Source of the DNA: Mobula hypostoma
Taxonomy: Eukaryota
Assembly: GCF_963921235.1 (NCBI RefSeq)
Contig: NC_086097.1
Location: forward strand, 4,278,001 to 4,342,000
DNA: 64,000 nt
Direction: 5' to 3'
Shown: positions 12,501 to 25,500 of the stretch, piece by piece
How positions within the stretch are numbered: the first letter of the stretch is position 1
Layout of the letters: each line of letters starts with the position of its first letter
The notes under the pieces: model-generated
The model's input: the letters and a program-made list of their open reading frames with translations, nothing else
The model's database searches: none
What the model was told of the DNA's origin: nothing
Translations under genes and position numbers: made by a program

Positions 12501-13198
12501 AATTGTATGGACCAATCCACAGGAAATAATAGGGAGATGAGCTTTATCCATAGTGCATCTCTAGCTGTTTTCCATTCCAACTCTGCTGAATATTCTATTG
12601 TGAAATGGAAATCCAAGGTTGGTATCAATATGGATTAATAACATTTTAGCCAATCTATTTATCACCTTGGATACACTGTGATTCCCAGTTTTATGCAGAT
12701 ATGAAGAAACCCTCATGTGGATAAGAGGGTTTTAATTTCAAGAAAGTATTGAATAAGATACATTGTGTCTTATTAAACATACATTTTTTCTTCAAGGAAA
12801 AGCAGAAAATCAAACCCTTAATGGAAGAAATGTTACATTCCATGATCAAACATTTAATGACGTGCATCAGTGACTTCCTTAAAGGCAAGTTTCAGTGACT
12901 GTTTGCTGATTTTGCAAGCTGTGAGGAAATACTGTAGTTTTCTGACTGATTTTGAAGAAGATTCATTCCAAATTGAAGGCTGTATTTGCGTCTCTACAGA
13001 AGTAACTTATTCTTACTTTATTGTCCATGACTTGCTCTTTGAATATTTTTGTTTATCCTTGTTTACTACACAGTGTTGAAAATTCATTAAAAAGTATTAC
13101 CTAACTTTCACAACCACCATTATAGATAGGAATAAAGAAATAAAAACAATATATGATTTATGTCTCAATGCTTTGTTTTCAATTTTTCTGTTTGCAAG

Positions 13199-13217
13199 GC
13201 ATGTAAAGGGTAAGTGA
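13199..13217 (+). CDS. PPP4R4: Probable PPP4R4 terminal coding exon (L-HVKGK-stop)
   Basis: Strong pyrimidine tract ctttgttttcaatttttctgtttgcAAG. Phase 2 gives a short basic tail ending in TGA at 13215-13217, comparable to the short human last exon. Confidence 0.6.
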
Positions 13218-15120
13218 ACATGATGTATCCTCGGGTACTCCCAAACCTGTTAGAAATGTGCATCACAACCAGCCATGGTAATTTCAAATACCAGAAAACA
13301 TTTACTTTTGAATGATAAGTGGAAATTTCAACTTCTCCCTTTGAAAAAATTAAAAGGAACCTATATGCAAGTTGAATGATTTCAAATGTGATCCCAAACT
13401 AGCTAATTAGTTCAACTAATAGAGTTGTAATAAACAGATGAGCTATGTAGTAAACTTTCAAGAGCTTAAATTCTCGGCAAATCTTAGTTCACTGTGGAAG
13501 TTGCTCCACACAGCTTAATCTGCCTCACCTTCAGTGATGAATTTGCTAAACTGAGCTTCGCTTCAGGTGAGTAAATTGTGAGTTCAGAGCCTTTTCCAAA
13601 GAGGCATGTCTGCCTAATGTATTGATTTTACTTGCTTCTTAAATAGAATGTAGTTAGTCTTGGGGCAAATGAAGAGATTTTTGGAGCAGTCTTTTGGACT
13701 CCTGACTAAATAAACCCAGTTTACACACAAAGGAAGTAATGAAAATCTGCTGTGTATAGTATAGGGAAATCACCTTTCAAATAAATAGGTATCAAAAATT
13801 GAAAGAGTATTCCTGAAAATATGGAAGGTAGTTTGCTTAAGTTAGTAATGAGATAATTCTGGCACACAATTTATGTGCCCCATTGACTTGTGACTTGTAC
13901 ATTTCGGATCAGAATCTCTGGAGTGGAGGTTATTATTCTGTCTCAGAAGGGTATGCTATTTTTAGCATATCTTGGCAAAGTCTAATGTAATGAATTCACC
14001 ACACTGGTATTACTGACTCAGTTCAGAAAAATCTGGATTGTATTTCAGCCGACGTACCATTATGGATGCCAACTGAAGATGAGGTAGACCTTTCCCCATG
14101 GAGCTGAATTTACTTTTGCTAGCACTGGCTGGCAATTGTTGCAGCATTTTGCTCTGTTCCTGTTAGTGTGATGAAAATATTAGCGTGTTGCCCTTACTGA
14201 CAGTGGTTTATCATGCCAGCATTAAGTGACTTATGACTTTTCAGGTAATTCAAGAAACCTGTAAAAGTCATTTTGTGTTGATTTTACAATAGTGCAATTA
14301 GTGCTAGCTGTTAAAAACTGAATGTAACAACTTACCTGTAAATGTTAAGTGTTTTTCTTTGTGTTATTCTGAAGGGTAAAAGATGTTTTAATGAAGCTTA
14401 GCACACAGTGCAAAAGTTGTCTACACCACATGACTACGCAAAATATCAGTATTAGCAGTTGTTGGCCTGCGTTACTAATATAGTTTGAGGCACTGTATGT
14501 GCATTTCATAAGGTCTGTCTTTTCATGTTGCAACCTGATGACAGTTTGAAATAATATTTGGTAACCAGAGATTTGTAATAAATTTTTAGTATTGAATTTA
14601 ATTTCTCATTGTAAAATGTATAGGATACAGTATATTTTATTTTTCCCACTAATTTTGAGATCCCAATTTTATTCTGATCTAATATTTGATTCAAAACCCT
14701 ATTGTACCTTTTTCCATTCTTAAGACTAAGTCAGACTTCTGCAAGGTTATCCTATCATTTTGCCATATATTGTAAATAACAGTGTATAATCACAAGAGTT
14801 ACATTGTAAGCATGTAAAAGAAATGCAGATAGCTTTTCATAAAAGTGAAAACTATTTAAATTTTTATTTTCTTTTGCATGTCATGATATTTAAAGCATAT
14901 TTTGCATATATTTCTTTCACATGCCTACTGCTGCAGGAATATATATAAACAGTGTTATGAAGTCCATGTGCAAACTGGTGTAAATATGGCCTTAATCAGA
15001 TTGAGCTATGCAGTCCAAAAAATCTGGCTTTATGAAAATCTTTAAATAGGTGTTGTCACCTTCAATTCTGTTACAATTGTATGTTACATATTTTAAAATA
15101 AATTCTGAACTCCAAATAGA
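13218..15120 (+). other. PPP4R4: Probable PPP4R4 3' UTR
   Basis: About 1.9 kb AT-rich stretch with no recognisable TE in an otherwise TE-saturated region. Ends at AATAAA followed by a GT/T-rich element. Confidence 0.55.
15097..15102 (+). terminator. Polyadenylation signal AATAAA (PPP4R4)
   Basis: AATAAA followed about 30 nt later by ctcttgttgttcattatttt. Confidence 0.55.
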
Positions 15121-15518
15121 AACTCAACATGCTCTTGTTGTTCATTATTTATGAAACCTGCAAGTAATCACTGCACTTTAATGCATTTTTTTTGTTTCCT
15201 CGTGTAACGATAAAGAAATTCTCCACTGTGGTTGACTGTTGAATGATAGCTTCTGATGCTAATTAACGGAAGGAGGGCTGACTAGAATGAAGAGATTGTC
15301 AGAATGAGATCTAGAGTTGTCTGACAACTTAAATTAAGCAAATTCGAATAATACGCTATATGGCTATTTGAAACCCCAGTGGTTTTGTATCTGATCCTCA
15401 TGATCCCTGAATGTGCTGGGGCCCTGTTTCCATGTTTCCTTGAGATTTACTGAGCTTACTGAAATGTACTATCCTACTATATGACATTAAAAATTGAATC
15501 AGAATTGTGATGGAGTCA

Positions 15519-16082
15519 AGGCCCCTCTGTTGGTTGGAGTTGACCATGGATGTTGTGTCTCAGCTATTTACATGATATGCAAGCCAGGGCAGTACAATAT
15601 GGAGAGCAAGTTGTTGCCCATGCAGCAAGCTCTCCCTCTCCACACAGCTGATGAACCCAAAGGAATGACAGAGATTGATGCATTTAGATACCAGCAACAT
15701 CACAGGAGTTGCCAGTCAGCATTGAACTAATGCCTTAGGGACTCCAGTGCTGGATTTCCCCTCGTGGTTTACTCCCAAAGCCTTCCCCATGAGTGGTTAT
15801 AGCTGCAAGGCAGCAGAGGTTTGGGATCAGGAGCTGCCAAACGTGATTGATAAACCCCATCTGCTCAAAGCGACTGATTTTAAGGCACCGGTAACCTGTC
15901 TTTGCCCCTTCTCCTGTCAGTAGAAACAGTTCTGCTGGGCTGAATAGGTAAGCCTCATGTGAAGGCCAGGAACTGGACTTAGTTGTCAGAGGCTATTTGA
16001 GATGCACGCAATTGGGAGCAAGTGGGAGCTTGACCCCACTAACCCTGCCCCCCTCTTCCCGTGGCTATGGAACCTTAAGGAA
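15519..16082 (-). mobile_element. RTE-like non-autonomous element, copy 2
   Basis: Shares blocks such as ggtttactccc, gttgtcagaggctatttga, ccttaagg with copies 1 and 3. Confidence 0.7.
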
Positions 16083-16669
16083 ACCATGTTGGAGTATGAA
16101 TAGAAAATCAACCAATAATCCCTAAAATTTGATAGCCCAACACCACCGAAGTCCCGATTAATTGATTTTTACTGTTATTGGTTCTCAGTTCTCAGCTGAA
16201 TACTAGATAGAACAATGTGAAACTCTGATGAACAATTTCACGTCGAGATGGAGGACAGGGATCTCATTATCTGAATTGTGATGCAACTGCACATCTATGC
16301 AAGAGTGGCTACTTATCAGAATCAGAATCAGGTTTAATGTTACTGGCATATATTGTGAAATTTGTTGTTTTGTGCAGCAGTACAGTGCAATACATAATGA
16401 ATAAAACATGAATTACAGTAGGTATATATAAAATAGTTAAAATTAAATAAGAAGTGCAAAATAGAAATAAAGAAAATAGTGAGGTAGTCTTCATGGGTTC
16501 AATGCCCATCCTGAAATTGTCTGGCAGAGGGGAAGAAGCTGTTCCTGAATCATTCAGTGTGTATCTTCAGGCTCCTGTAGCACCTTCCTGATGGTAGCAA
16601 TGAGAACATTGAGATTCTCCCTTTGTTTTTGTTGTAGACATGCTTCTTCTTTAACTGAGAAGCCACAAT

Positions 16670-18240
16670 TATTTCTCTCCAGCTGAAGGTAGGGCAGGGA
16701 TGTTGTCTACCTGGGCTTTAGCAAGGACTTGTACAAGGCCCTGCGTGGCAAGCTGGTCTGAAAGGTCGGTCTCATGAGAGAGCAAGTTAGGTGGCTTCAA
16801 AATCGGATCCGAGGTAGGAAGCAGAGGGTGGTGTCTGAAGGTTCTTCTCTGAATGGAGGCCAGTGACTGGTGGTGTGCCACTGGGGTCAGTGTTGGGACC
16901 CTTGTTAGTTATATAAATTATTTAGATGCAAATACACAGGTTTGATTGGTAGGTGTATGGTTGATACAAAAGTAGGTGTTGTCGACAGTGAAGAAGGTTA
17001 TCATAGATTAAAGGAGGATCTTTATCAGTTAGGGAACCAGACTGAGGAGTAGCAACCATAAGACTTATATGGGGCAATATGGTAGCATCGTGGTTAGCAC
17101 AACACTTTCCTGTACCAGCGAGCGTGGTTCAATTCCTGCCGCTCTCTGTAAGGGGTTTGTATATTCTGCCTGTGATTAGATGGGTGTCCTCCAGGTGCTC
17201 TGGTTTCCTCCCACAGACCAAGGAAGTACCGGCTAGTAGGTTAATTGGTGATTGTTCATCGTCCCATGATTAGGCCACCATTAAATTGGGGGTTGCTGAG
17301 CAGTGCAGCTTGAAGGGCCAGAAGAGCCTGTCTCACGCTGTATCTTAATAAATAAATAAATGAATAAAACAATAAATGGTAGGGCACTAGTACAGAGAGA
17401 CGTTAAAGTTCATTGAAAGAGACATTACAGGTAGACAGCATGATGACAAAGGTATTTAGGAACAATGGTCTTCATCAGATCGGGCATTGAGTATCGGAGT
17501 AGGGACATCGTATTGCTATTGTATCAGTCATTAGTGAGGCCACATGTATAATTTTGGTCATCCTATTGTAGGAAAGACAGTTTTAAACTGCAAAAGTTCT
17601 ACGAGTCTGTGGTGGCCAGTGCTATCATGTTTGCTGTTGTGTGTTGGGGCAGCAGGCTGAGGGTAACAGACCCCAACAGAATCAACAAACTCATTCGTAA
17701 GGCCAGTGATGTTGTGGGGATGGAACTGGACTCTCTCACGGTGGTGTCTGAAAAGAGGATGCTGTCCAAGTTGCATGCCATCTTGGACAATGTCTCCCAT
17801 CCACTACATAATGTACTGGGTGGGCACAGGAGTACGTTCAGCCAGAGACTCATTCCACCGAGATGTAGCACAGAGCGTCATAGGAAGTCATTCCTGCCTG
17901 TGGCCATCAAACTTTACAACTCCTCCCTTGGAGGGTCAGACACCCTGAGCCAATAGGCTGGTCCTGGACTTATTTCATAATTTACTGGCATAATTTAGAT
18001 ACTACTATTTAACTATTTTATGGTTTTATTACTATTTATTATTTATGGTGCAACTGTAACAAAAACCAATTTCCCCTGGGATCAATAAAGTATGACTATG
18101 ACTATGACAAATAGTGCAGAAATGATCCACAGGGACGTTCTCTGGACTTGAAGACCTGAGTTACTGTAGAAGGAGAGGTTGGCCAGGCTAGGTGTTTATT
18201 CCTTGGAATGTAAGCGAATCAGCAGTGACCTTATTCTTCT
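16670..18240 (+). mobile_element. Old CR1 fragment interrupted by a SINE (17070-17370) and a Rex1/Babar-like insertion (17597-18107)
   Basis: gactggtggtgtgccactggggtcagtgttgggacc (RT motif); CR1 sequence resumes at 18108. Confidence 0.75.
17597..18107 (+). mobile_element. Young 5'-truncated Rex1/Babar-like LINE
   Basis: ORF VASAIMFAVVCWG...RKSFLPVAIKLYN, AATAAA and (TATGAC)3 tail. Confidence 0.85.
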
Positions 18241-18244
18241 TCTT

Positions 18245-18806
18245 AAGCCAATCACCCCCACTTGGGGAATTGTGAGCAGCTTTGGGCCCTTATCTAAGAA
18301 AGGATGTACTGGCATTGGAGAGGGTCCAGAGGAGGTTTGTGAGAATGATCCCAGGAATGACAGAGTTAATGTTTGAGAAGCACTTGATGGCTCTGGACCT
18401 AAACTCACTGGAGTTTAGAAGAATGAGGCCTAAATGAAATTCATCAGATATTTGAATGTCTAGATTGACTGGATGTGGAGATGATGTTTCCTATAATGGG
18501 GAGACTAGGACTAGAGATAACAGCTTCAAAATAGGAGAATTTCCCTTTGGATCAGAGATGAAGAAGAATTTCTTTCACCAGAAGATGAGGAATTGGTGGA
18601 ATTCATTGCCACAGACTGCTGTGGAGGCCAAATCATTAGGTATATTTAAAGCGGAGATTGATAGGTTCTTGATTAGTAAGGGTATCAAGATTATGGGGAG
18701 AAGGCAGGAGAATGAGGTTGAGGGGGATGATAAATCTGCCATGGAATCATGGAGTGGACTCGATGGGCTGAATGGCCTAATTTTGCTTCTAGGTCTTATG
18801 GTTAAT
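18245..18806 (+). mobile_element. CR1 3' fragment
   Basis: KNFFHQKMRNWWNSLPQTAVEA; tail ggtcttatgg. Confidence 0.8.
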
Positions 18807-18983
18807 TAGTCAGAAACTGACATTTGAGCTTACTGCCACAGTGCCTACACTAGAAATATTACAAGTCTCCAATCTCTGGATGAAGAATAGATTGTAATTG
18901 CAAATGAAAATCAATAACAAATAACATACATCAAAGTTGCTGGTGAACGCAGCAGGCCAGGCAGCATCTATAGGAAGAGGCGC

Positions 18984-19019
18984 AGTCGACGTTTCAGGCC
19001 GAGACCCTTCGTCAGGACT
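18984..19019 (-). ncRNA. Minimal type-I hammerhead ribozyme motif in a Penelope terminal fragment (18920-19060)
   Basis: Minus strand reads AGTC-CTGACGA-AGGGTCTCGGCCT-GAAAC-GTC-GACT: stem I AGTC/GACT, intact core, stem II AGG/CCT, GUC cleavage triplet. Confidence 0.8.
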
Positions 19020-19099
19020 AACTGAAGGAAGAGTGAGTAAGGGATTTGAAAGCTGGAGGTGATCTGTTTGATGCCAATAGTAACTTTATTAGTTGTCCA

Positions 19100-19290
19100 A
19101 TCACAAACAAGAGAAAATTTGCAGATGCTGGAAATCTGAGCAACACACACAAAATGCTGGAGGAACTCAGCAGCCCAGGCAGCATCTAGGAAAAGAGTAT
19201 AGTTGACATTTTGGGCCAAAACCTCAACTGTACCCTTTTCCTAGATGCTGCCTGGCCTGCTGAGTTCCTCCAGCAATTTGTGTGTGCTGC
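19100..19290. mobile_element. Penelope-derived inverted-repeat short element (centre deleted)
   Basis: acacacaaaatgctggaggaactcagcag... and ...ctgctgagttcctccagcaatttgtgtgtg arms. Confidence 0.75.
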
Positions 19291-19658
19291 GCTTCAGTTG
19301 TTGTGTTTACAGTCTTACTCCAACACTAAAATCAAATACCTTGGAATAAATTTATACCTTACATAAGGAAATTTTCTTCAAAATTATTTATTGATTCTCA
19401 TTCTTTAGACAAATCTACCATATCTTGTAGAGCAACTTGATACAGACAGTAGCTATATATTGATCCATAAGCACTTTAATAGTGAAGAAATTCTTGCCTA
19501 TCTGTACAACTTGCAGAGGGTAAGCATTCCAGGCAGTCATTTGGAAGTGTATAACCTCCTACCACTAGGTGAATTGTTGTACTGGCCAGAAAAACAGGAG
19601 CGGCAGGAATCCAATTAGCTCCTCAAGCAGCCTGCTCCACAGAATCGATAAGATCCTG

Positions 19659-19830
19659 GCTGATCCAAATTTAACCTCAGCTTCCCTTATCTCTAAAAAA
19701 TCTTCAAGCTGATCCAAACGTAGACTCAGCTTCCTGTATCTCTAAAATCATAGATGATCCAGACGTAACCTCAACATTCCTTACCTCTAAAATCATAGCC
19801 AAACATAGCCTTTGCTTCCTTTATCTTTCT
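19659..19830. repeat. About 45-49-bp tandem repeat, about 4 units, adjoining a CR1 3' UTR remnant
   Basis: Units gctgatccaaa...ctcagcttcc..atctctaaaa start at 19659, 19708, 19753 and about 19798. Confidence 0.75.
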
Positions 19831-21477
19831 TTATCCTGAGTCCCACACCCATAATATGTAAACTTTTCAGCTTTAGGGAAATGGGTCGTAACTAAAAAAA
19901 CAGCCAGCATCAATGTGATGAATTCAACTTCAGAGTATAAAAATGACATTTGAGAAAAGATGATTTTATTTCAAGTATTAAAAAAATTGTACAACTGTTT
20001 TTGATCTTGTAAAAATGTTTGAGACTTTATGTTAATTGGGCTCGAATAAACCAATCCCATTACAACCTAAACTGAAGCCGTTCCTATTCAGAACCATTGT
20101 ATATAATTCTGATTGGCAACTATTCGTTTATATTCGTGAACTCTTTACTAGAATTTCATAGAAGTTAGAACACAGAAACAAGCTATTTCAGTTCAATCTA
20201 AGAATCCATGCTTTTTTCTCACTAATACCATCATGAAGGAGGTACAAGAGCCTCAGGACTCACCAGGCTCAGAAACAGTTATCACCCCTTATCCATCAGG
20301 CTCTTGAACCAGAGAAGATAACTTCACTGAACTTCACTTGCCCCATCATTTAACTTTTCTACCACAAACTGAACCCACCAGAAACTATGGAGTCACTTTT
20401 AAAGACTCTTCATTTCATGTTCTCAATATTTATTGCTTTCTTATTATTTGTTTTAAATATATTTTTTCAGCTCAAGCTGGTAAAACCTGAGGTATGGGTA
20501 TAGGCAAGTACACTCATTTCTCAATTGCTAGGAACTTCCAGACTATTCTAGTGGCTTTTTGAAGATTAGCATAAATATTGCTGTGTAGCCCTAATTGTTT
20601 ATTGCTATTGAGAAGTGCCTTTGGGATGATATCACTTGTGGAAATTACTATTGAGACAATGTATACCCTGTTCATGTTCCATAGTCCTTCAATTTCCTCA
20701 TTTAATTCAGCATATTTCTAGTGTTTTCACTTACTGATTTCTATATGTTATGTATGTTTGGAATAGCTATATCTACTCAATAAGTTCTTTTTGCTTATTT
20801 ATCTTGTATTATTATATATCCAGATGGGTATTATGGATTGTCCTATCTGTAATTATTATAATATTGTTATTATTATTATTTTCTTCTGTTCTTGCAAATT
20901 TATTGTCTTTTGCATATTGGTTGTTTGTCCTGTTGGGCATTGTTTTTCACTGATTTTATTGTGTTTCTTGTATTTACTGTGAATCTCCACAAGAAAATGA
21001 ATCTCAGGGTTGTTCTGTATATGGTGACATATATGTACTTTGATAATAAATTTACTTGGAACCTTGAATCTAGGCTCTCTTCTCTATAGTAATCCTTTCA
21101 CATTCTCCAATATAAACTTAATAAAACTGAATCTGTACTTAAAAGGTAGATAAAGTTAGTAGTAAGTATTAAAGAGATTGCTAAATCTGGATTATTTGGC
21201 ATTGGATGTTCCATATAACATGCTGTTTGCACAATAAATTTCTGTACTTTTATTAGAATGAAAAGGAGACAAACTTCCTTCATGCTTCTGGAAATGTATA
21301 TCAATAACTTAGAAAATCATGGTGATGTTGTGAGGCAGGATTAATCTGCCATTTTGACAAGGAAAGTTGTAAAAACAATTAGCTTGTCAATGGCAGGGTA
21401 TCTGATCATGTACTCATGATACACAAACAGAGGAACTCAATGAGTCAGTCTGCATCTGTGGACGCAATAGGATAGGC

Positions 21478-21958
21478 ATAGAATATAGAACAGTAGAGCA
21501 CAAGAACAAGGCCTTCGGTCCACAATGTTGTGCTGAACCAGATAAATTAGTAATCAAATGGCCAATTGAACCAATCCTCTCTGCCTACACAATGTCCATA
21601 TCCTTCCATTTTCTTCACATACATGTGTCTATCTAAATGTCTCTTAAAAGTCCCTACTGTGTCTGCCTCTACCACCACTCCAGGCAGCACATTCTAGACA
21701 CCTACACTCTCTGTGTAAAGAAAACTTGCCTGTCACATCTCCTTTGAAATGACCCCCTCTCACCTTAAAGGCATGCCCTCTGGTATTAGACATTTGGACT
21801 CCGGGAAAAAAAAAGATGCTGTCTGTCTACTCTGTCTGTGCCTCTCGCAGTCTTATTAACCACTATCAGTTCTCCCCTCAGCCTGTGCTGCTCCAGAGAA
21901 AACATCCCAAGCTTGTCCAATATGGGCATGCCCTCTAATCCAGGCAACATCCTGGTAG
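21478..21958 (-). mobile_element. CR1 3' fragment
   Basis: TRMLPGLEG...LGMFSLEQHRLRG on the minus strand. Confidence 0.8.
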
Positions 21959-22703
21959 ATGAGTTAGTTAACATTTTGCACAGAAATCTTACATCTTGCT
22001 CTAAAGCAGAGTCTTGGCTCAATGTGTTCACTATCACTTTGCTTTACAGATGCTGCTTGATCTTCTGTGTTCCTCCAGCAGATTGGTTTTGCCCCATATT
22101 ATAATATCTGCAATCTCTTGTGTATGTGTTCATGGTAGTTGAGTAAAACTCTGATTTCACACACTTTACAATGATGCCCAGTGCTAAGTACGGACATAGC
22201 TATCAGTGACATCATGGCAAAGGTACGGTACCTCCCATGAACCCATACACAATGAACGTGAAAGATGTGATAGTATTAGAGTCATAGAAAAGTACAGCAC
22301 AGAAACTGGCCCTTTGGTCCATCTAGTCCATGCCAAACCATTTAAGCTGCCTACACCCATCGACCTGCACCCGGGCCATAGCCATCCGTAGCTCCACCAT
22401 CCATGTATGTGTCCAAACTTCTACGTTTTCCAAATGTTCAAAGAAGGGGTGTCCTAAATATCATTTGTGCAGCAAACTTTCTGCAGCGGAGTTGTGGATC
22501 TGGAGAAGAGTAAGTAGGAAGATAATAGATTTGGATGTTTCCCTGGATCACAATTAGTCACAATTTGAGAAGGAAGCAGAAATCGCAGAACTGGGAGTGT
22601 TATCAATACTGCTGGATTAGTGTGAACCATAAAGTTCATGGGAACAGGAAAGTAGCAAATGATTTTGCATTGAAACCAGCCATGCCAAAGATCAGCTTGT
22701 AGA

Positions 22704-22706
<3 letters not shown>

Positions 22707-22772
<66 letters not shown>
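22707..22772. repeat. Compound microsatellite (GT)23(GA)10
   Basis: Read directly. Confidence 0.97.
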
Positions 22773-22773
<1 letters not shown>

Positions 22774-23619
22774 GGAGTTTTGCTTCCTTCATTTTTAACA
22801 ACTGATCTGACATTTTGTTTGTTAAATTTGTGCCAGGAATAGATGCAGTGCAAACTCACCTCACTTGTTTTCCTATTTACTTGTCCATTGAAATCCTTGG
22901 GAATTCTTCATGGTGTGTATCCCATACAACTGATGCCTTTTGGAGGCCTTTGCAACCTCACAGACTTTCTTTGCAATCTTCAGGTCTTTGTATATTGATC
23001 CACCAACCAATGAAACTGTTTGCAAAAATGTGACTTTATATTACATAGAAGAAATACAGTATATAGACTTGTACAGCATTGTAGATGGATATTTTAATAA
23101 TGCTTTTCAACCTGATTTGCAATGATAGTTTATTTTATTTATTTAGAGATACAGTATGGACCAGGCCCTTCTGGCCCAACAAGCTGCATCACCCAGGAAC
23201 TCTTGATTTAATACTTGCCTAATCACAGGACAATTGACAATGTCCAATTCACTTACTAGCTGGTACATCTTTGGATTTTGGGAGGAAATTGGATCACCCA
23301 GAGGAAACCCACACATTCCATGTGAAGGAATGTACAGACAGTGTTAGAATTGAACAGTGAACTCCGATGCCCTGAGGTGTTGCATTAACTACGACGCTAC
23401 CGTGTTCTTTGAGTAAACACAAAAAATAAATTACAGGATCACTTGTAATTGCAGGGTTTTTTAAAGTATACTTCTGCTCAGTTAAGATGCATATGATTAC
23501 GTGTCAATGTCAAATAAATAATTGATGGATGTAAAACTTGTGACAATGGTAATTATGGTATTAGTTGAGCATCAGAACAAATTAAAATGTAAATGATTAT
23601 TTTTTAAACAAAAGATCCC

Positions 23620-23811
23620 TTACAGTTTAGTGGGATCTTTCACCCTTCCTATAAAGAGTAGAGTTTTTGTTATATCTTCGTGAATCATAAAGATAAAAGG
23701 GTGGTCTATTTTTATGACAAGTGGCAGTGAATAAGGAACTGCAAGAACCCCAGTGACGGCTGCGGCTTCTGTTCCTTTCTCGTCCACATTAATCACTGCT
23801 TTGTGAATGAC
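23620..23811 (-). CDS. SERPINA10: SERPINA10 last coding exon with reactive centre loop (EKGTEAAAVTGVLAVPY-SLP), P1=Tyr
   Basis: ttccAG acceptor, inhibitory hinge, P1-P1' Tyr-Ser characteristic of ZPI, serpin signature DHPFIFMI, TAA stop. CDS totals 697+271+148+192=1308 nt = 435 aa + stop. Confidence 0.95.
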   Translation of the reverse strand, partial: VIHKAVINVDEKGTEAAAVTGVLAVPYSLPLVIKIDHPFIFMIHEDITKTLLFIGRVKDPTKL

Positions 23812-23902
23812 CTGGAAAGATGAGCAAAAAAAATCCACAGTTAATCAGATTCCGTTTCCTCCTCATGCTGCCTTAAGAGATTGTTCCTTGAATAAGCAAT
23901 AC

Positions 23903-24050
23903 CTCAGAAATCTTCAGCAGATGTGATGAGGAGATTCCAGATAGGTCAGCAGAATTTGAGAAAGGCGTGATCATTCCCAACTGCCTTAACTTCCTTTCCA
24001 TCTTGTATAACTTTTCCAATTTAAACTTTGGAAAATAGAGGTCAATGTGC
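23903..24050 (-). CDS. SERPINA10: SERPINA10 third coding exon (HIDLYFPKFKLEK...ADLSGISSSHLLKISE), 148 nt; absent from the ORF track
   Basis: Translated by hand. tttcctAG acceptor, GAG|GTATTG donor, FPKF and ADLSGI motifs, typical 148-nt clade A exon. Confidence 0.95.
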
Positions 24051-24224
24051 CTAGGAAATGTTGGACAGAAATCATGATGGCAATTTGAGGAAAATCAAGA
24101 TTATTATTTAATACAGTTCAAGTGTAATGCTAAGTAATATACAATGCTAAACTATTTTATAAGAAGACATTGGGGAAGAATAGATGAACAGTTTAGATCC
24201 ATGGAGTTATACAGCATTGTGGCT

Positions 24225-24350
24225 CTCTGATGAAGGATTTTGGCCCGTAACATCGACTGTAATTTTTTCCATAGATGTTGCCTAACCTGCTGAGTTCCTC
24301 CAGCACTTTGTGTGTGTTACTCGGATTTCCAGCATCTGCAGATTTTCTCC
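24225..24350 (+). mobile_element. Penelope-derived half element with degenerate hammerhead
   Basis: CTGATGA (24227-24233)-aggattttggccc-GTAAC-ATC-GACT followed by the same arm as 2120-2205. Confidence 0.7.
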
Positions 24351-25500
24351 TGTTATGTCTATGTTAGTTTGTTTTGTCCATTTATACAACGAGACCTTTA
24401 AACATTTAGCCCATCTAGTCTGTTCCACATTCAATCAGGGCTGATTTATTCTCCTGCCTTCTCCTTATAACCTTTGACATCCACCCTGCTCATGGACTGT
24501 TTGTCCCACTCCCATCAGGGAGGAGGCTATGTAGCATCCACACCAGGACCATCAGACTCAAAAACAGTTACTTTCCCCAACCAGTAAGGCTGATTAAAAC
24601 CTCTACCCATCAACCCATCCCTCCATAACCTCAACCACCACTACTTTATCATTTCCTGTCAGTCATCTTATGTACAAACACTTCTGTACCAAGCATCACT
24701 TTGTAGACACACAGTCTATGTATATAAGCTATCTTATGTATTTCTACTTATTGTGCTTTTTCTTACCGTTTTCTTGCTCTCATTGTTTTTTGAGCTGCAT
24801 TGGATCCGGAGTAACAATTATTTAGTACTCCTTTACACTGATGTACTGAAAATGACATTAAACAATCTTGTTTTGTCTTGTCCATCTATATCATTCAGCT
24901 GATTGAGTCTGCTCTGCAATCAGTTATGCTGATATGTTCTCACCCCTTCTCCCTGTAACTATTGATGCCCTTACTGATCTGTTTTAAGTATACCAAATGA
25001 TTTAGCCTCCACAGCTGTCCATGGTAATAAATTCCACATATTCACCACTCTCTGACTAAAGAAATTCCTCTGTAATTCTGTCCTAAACGGACGTCCTTCT
25101 ATCATGAGGCTGTGCTTTCTGGTCCCAGACTTCCCCAGCTTTGGAAACATCCACTCCATGTCCACTCTATCCAACCTTTCCATATTCCAGTCCTGTTCAC
25201 CTGCAAGATATCTGTATCTTCTGTGCTATGCTCTCTTCCTTAATACACAGTGATTATTCTGACTCCATCAGCTCCTCTGGCAGCATGTTCTGTGTATCAG
25301 CTACTGTCTTTGTGAAAAAAAATTCCCTGCAAATGTTAGAGGGGAAACTTTACTACCTACAGGAAAGGTGTAAATAAGATTATAAGAGTGCAGAGAAAAT
25401 TTACTAGGATGTTGCTGGGAATTGAGGACCTGAGTTATAAGGAAAGATAGAATAGGTTAGGACTTTATTGCTTAGAATGTAGAAGATTAAAAAGAGATTT

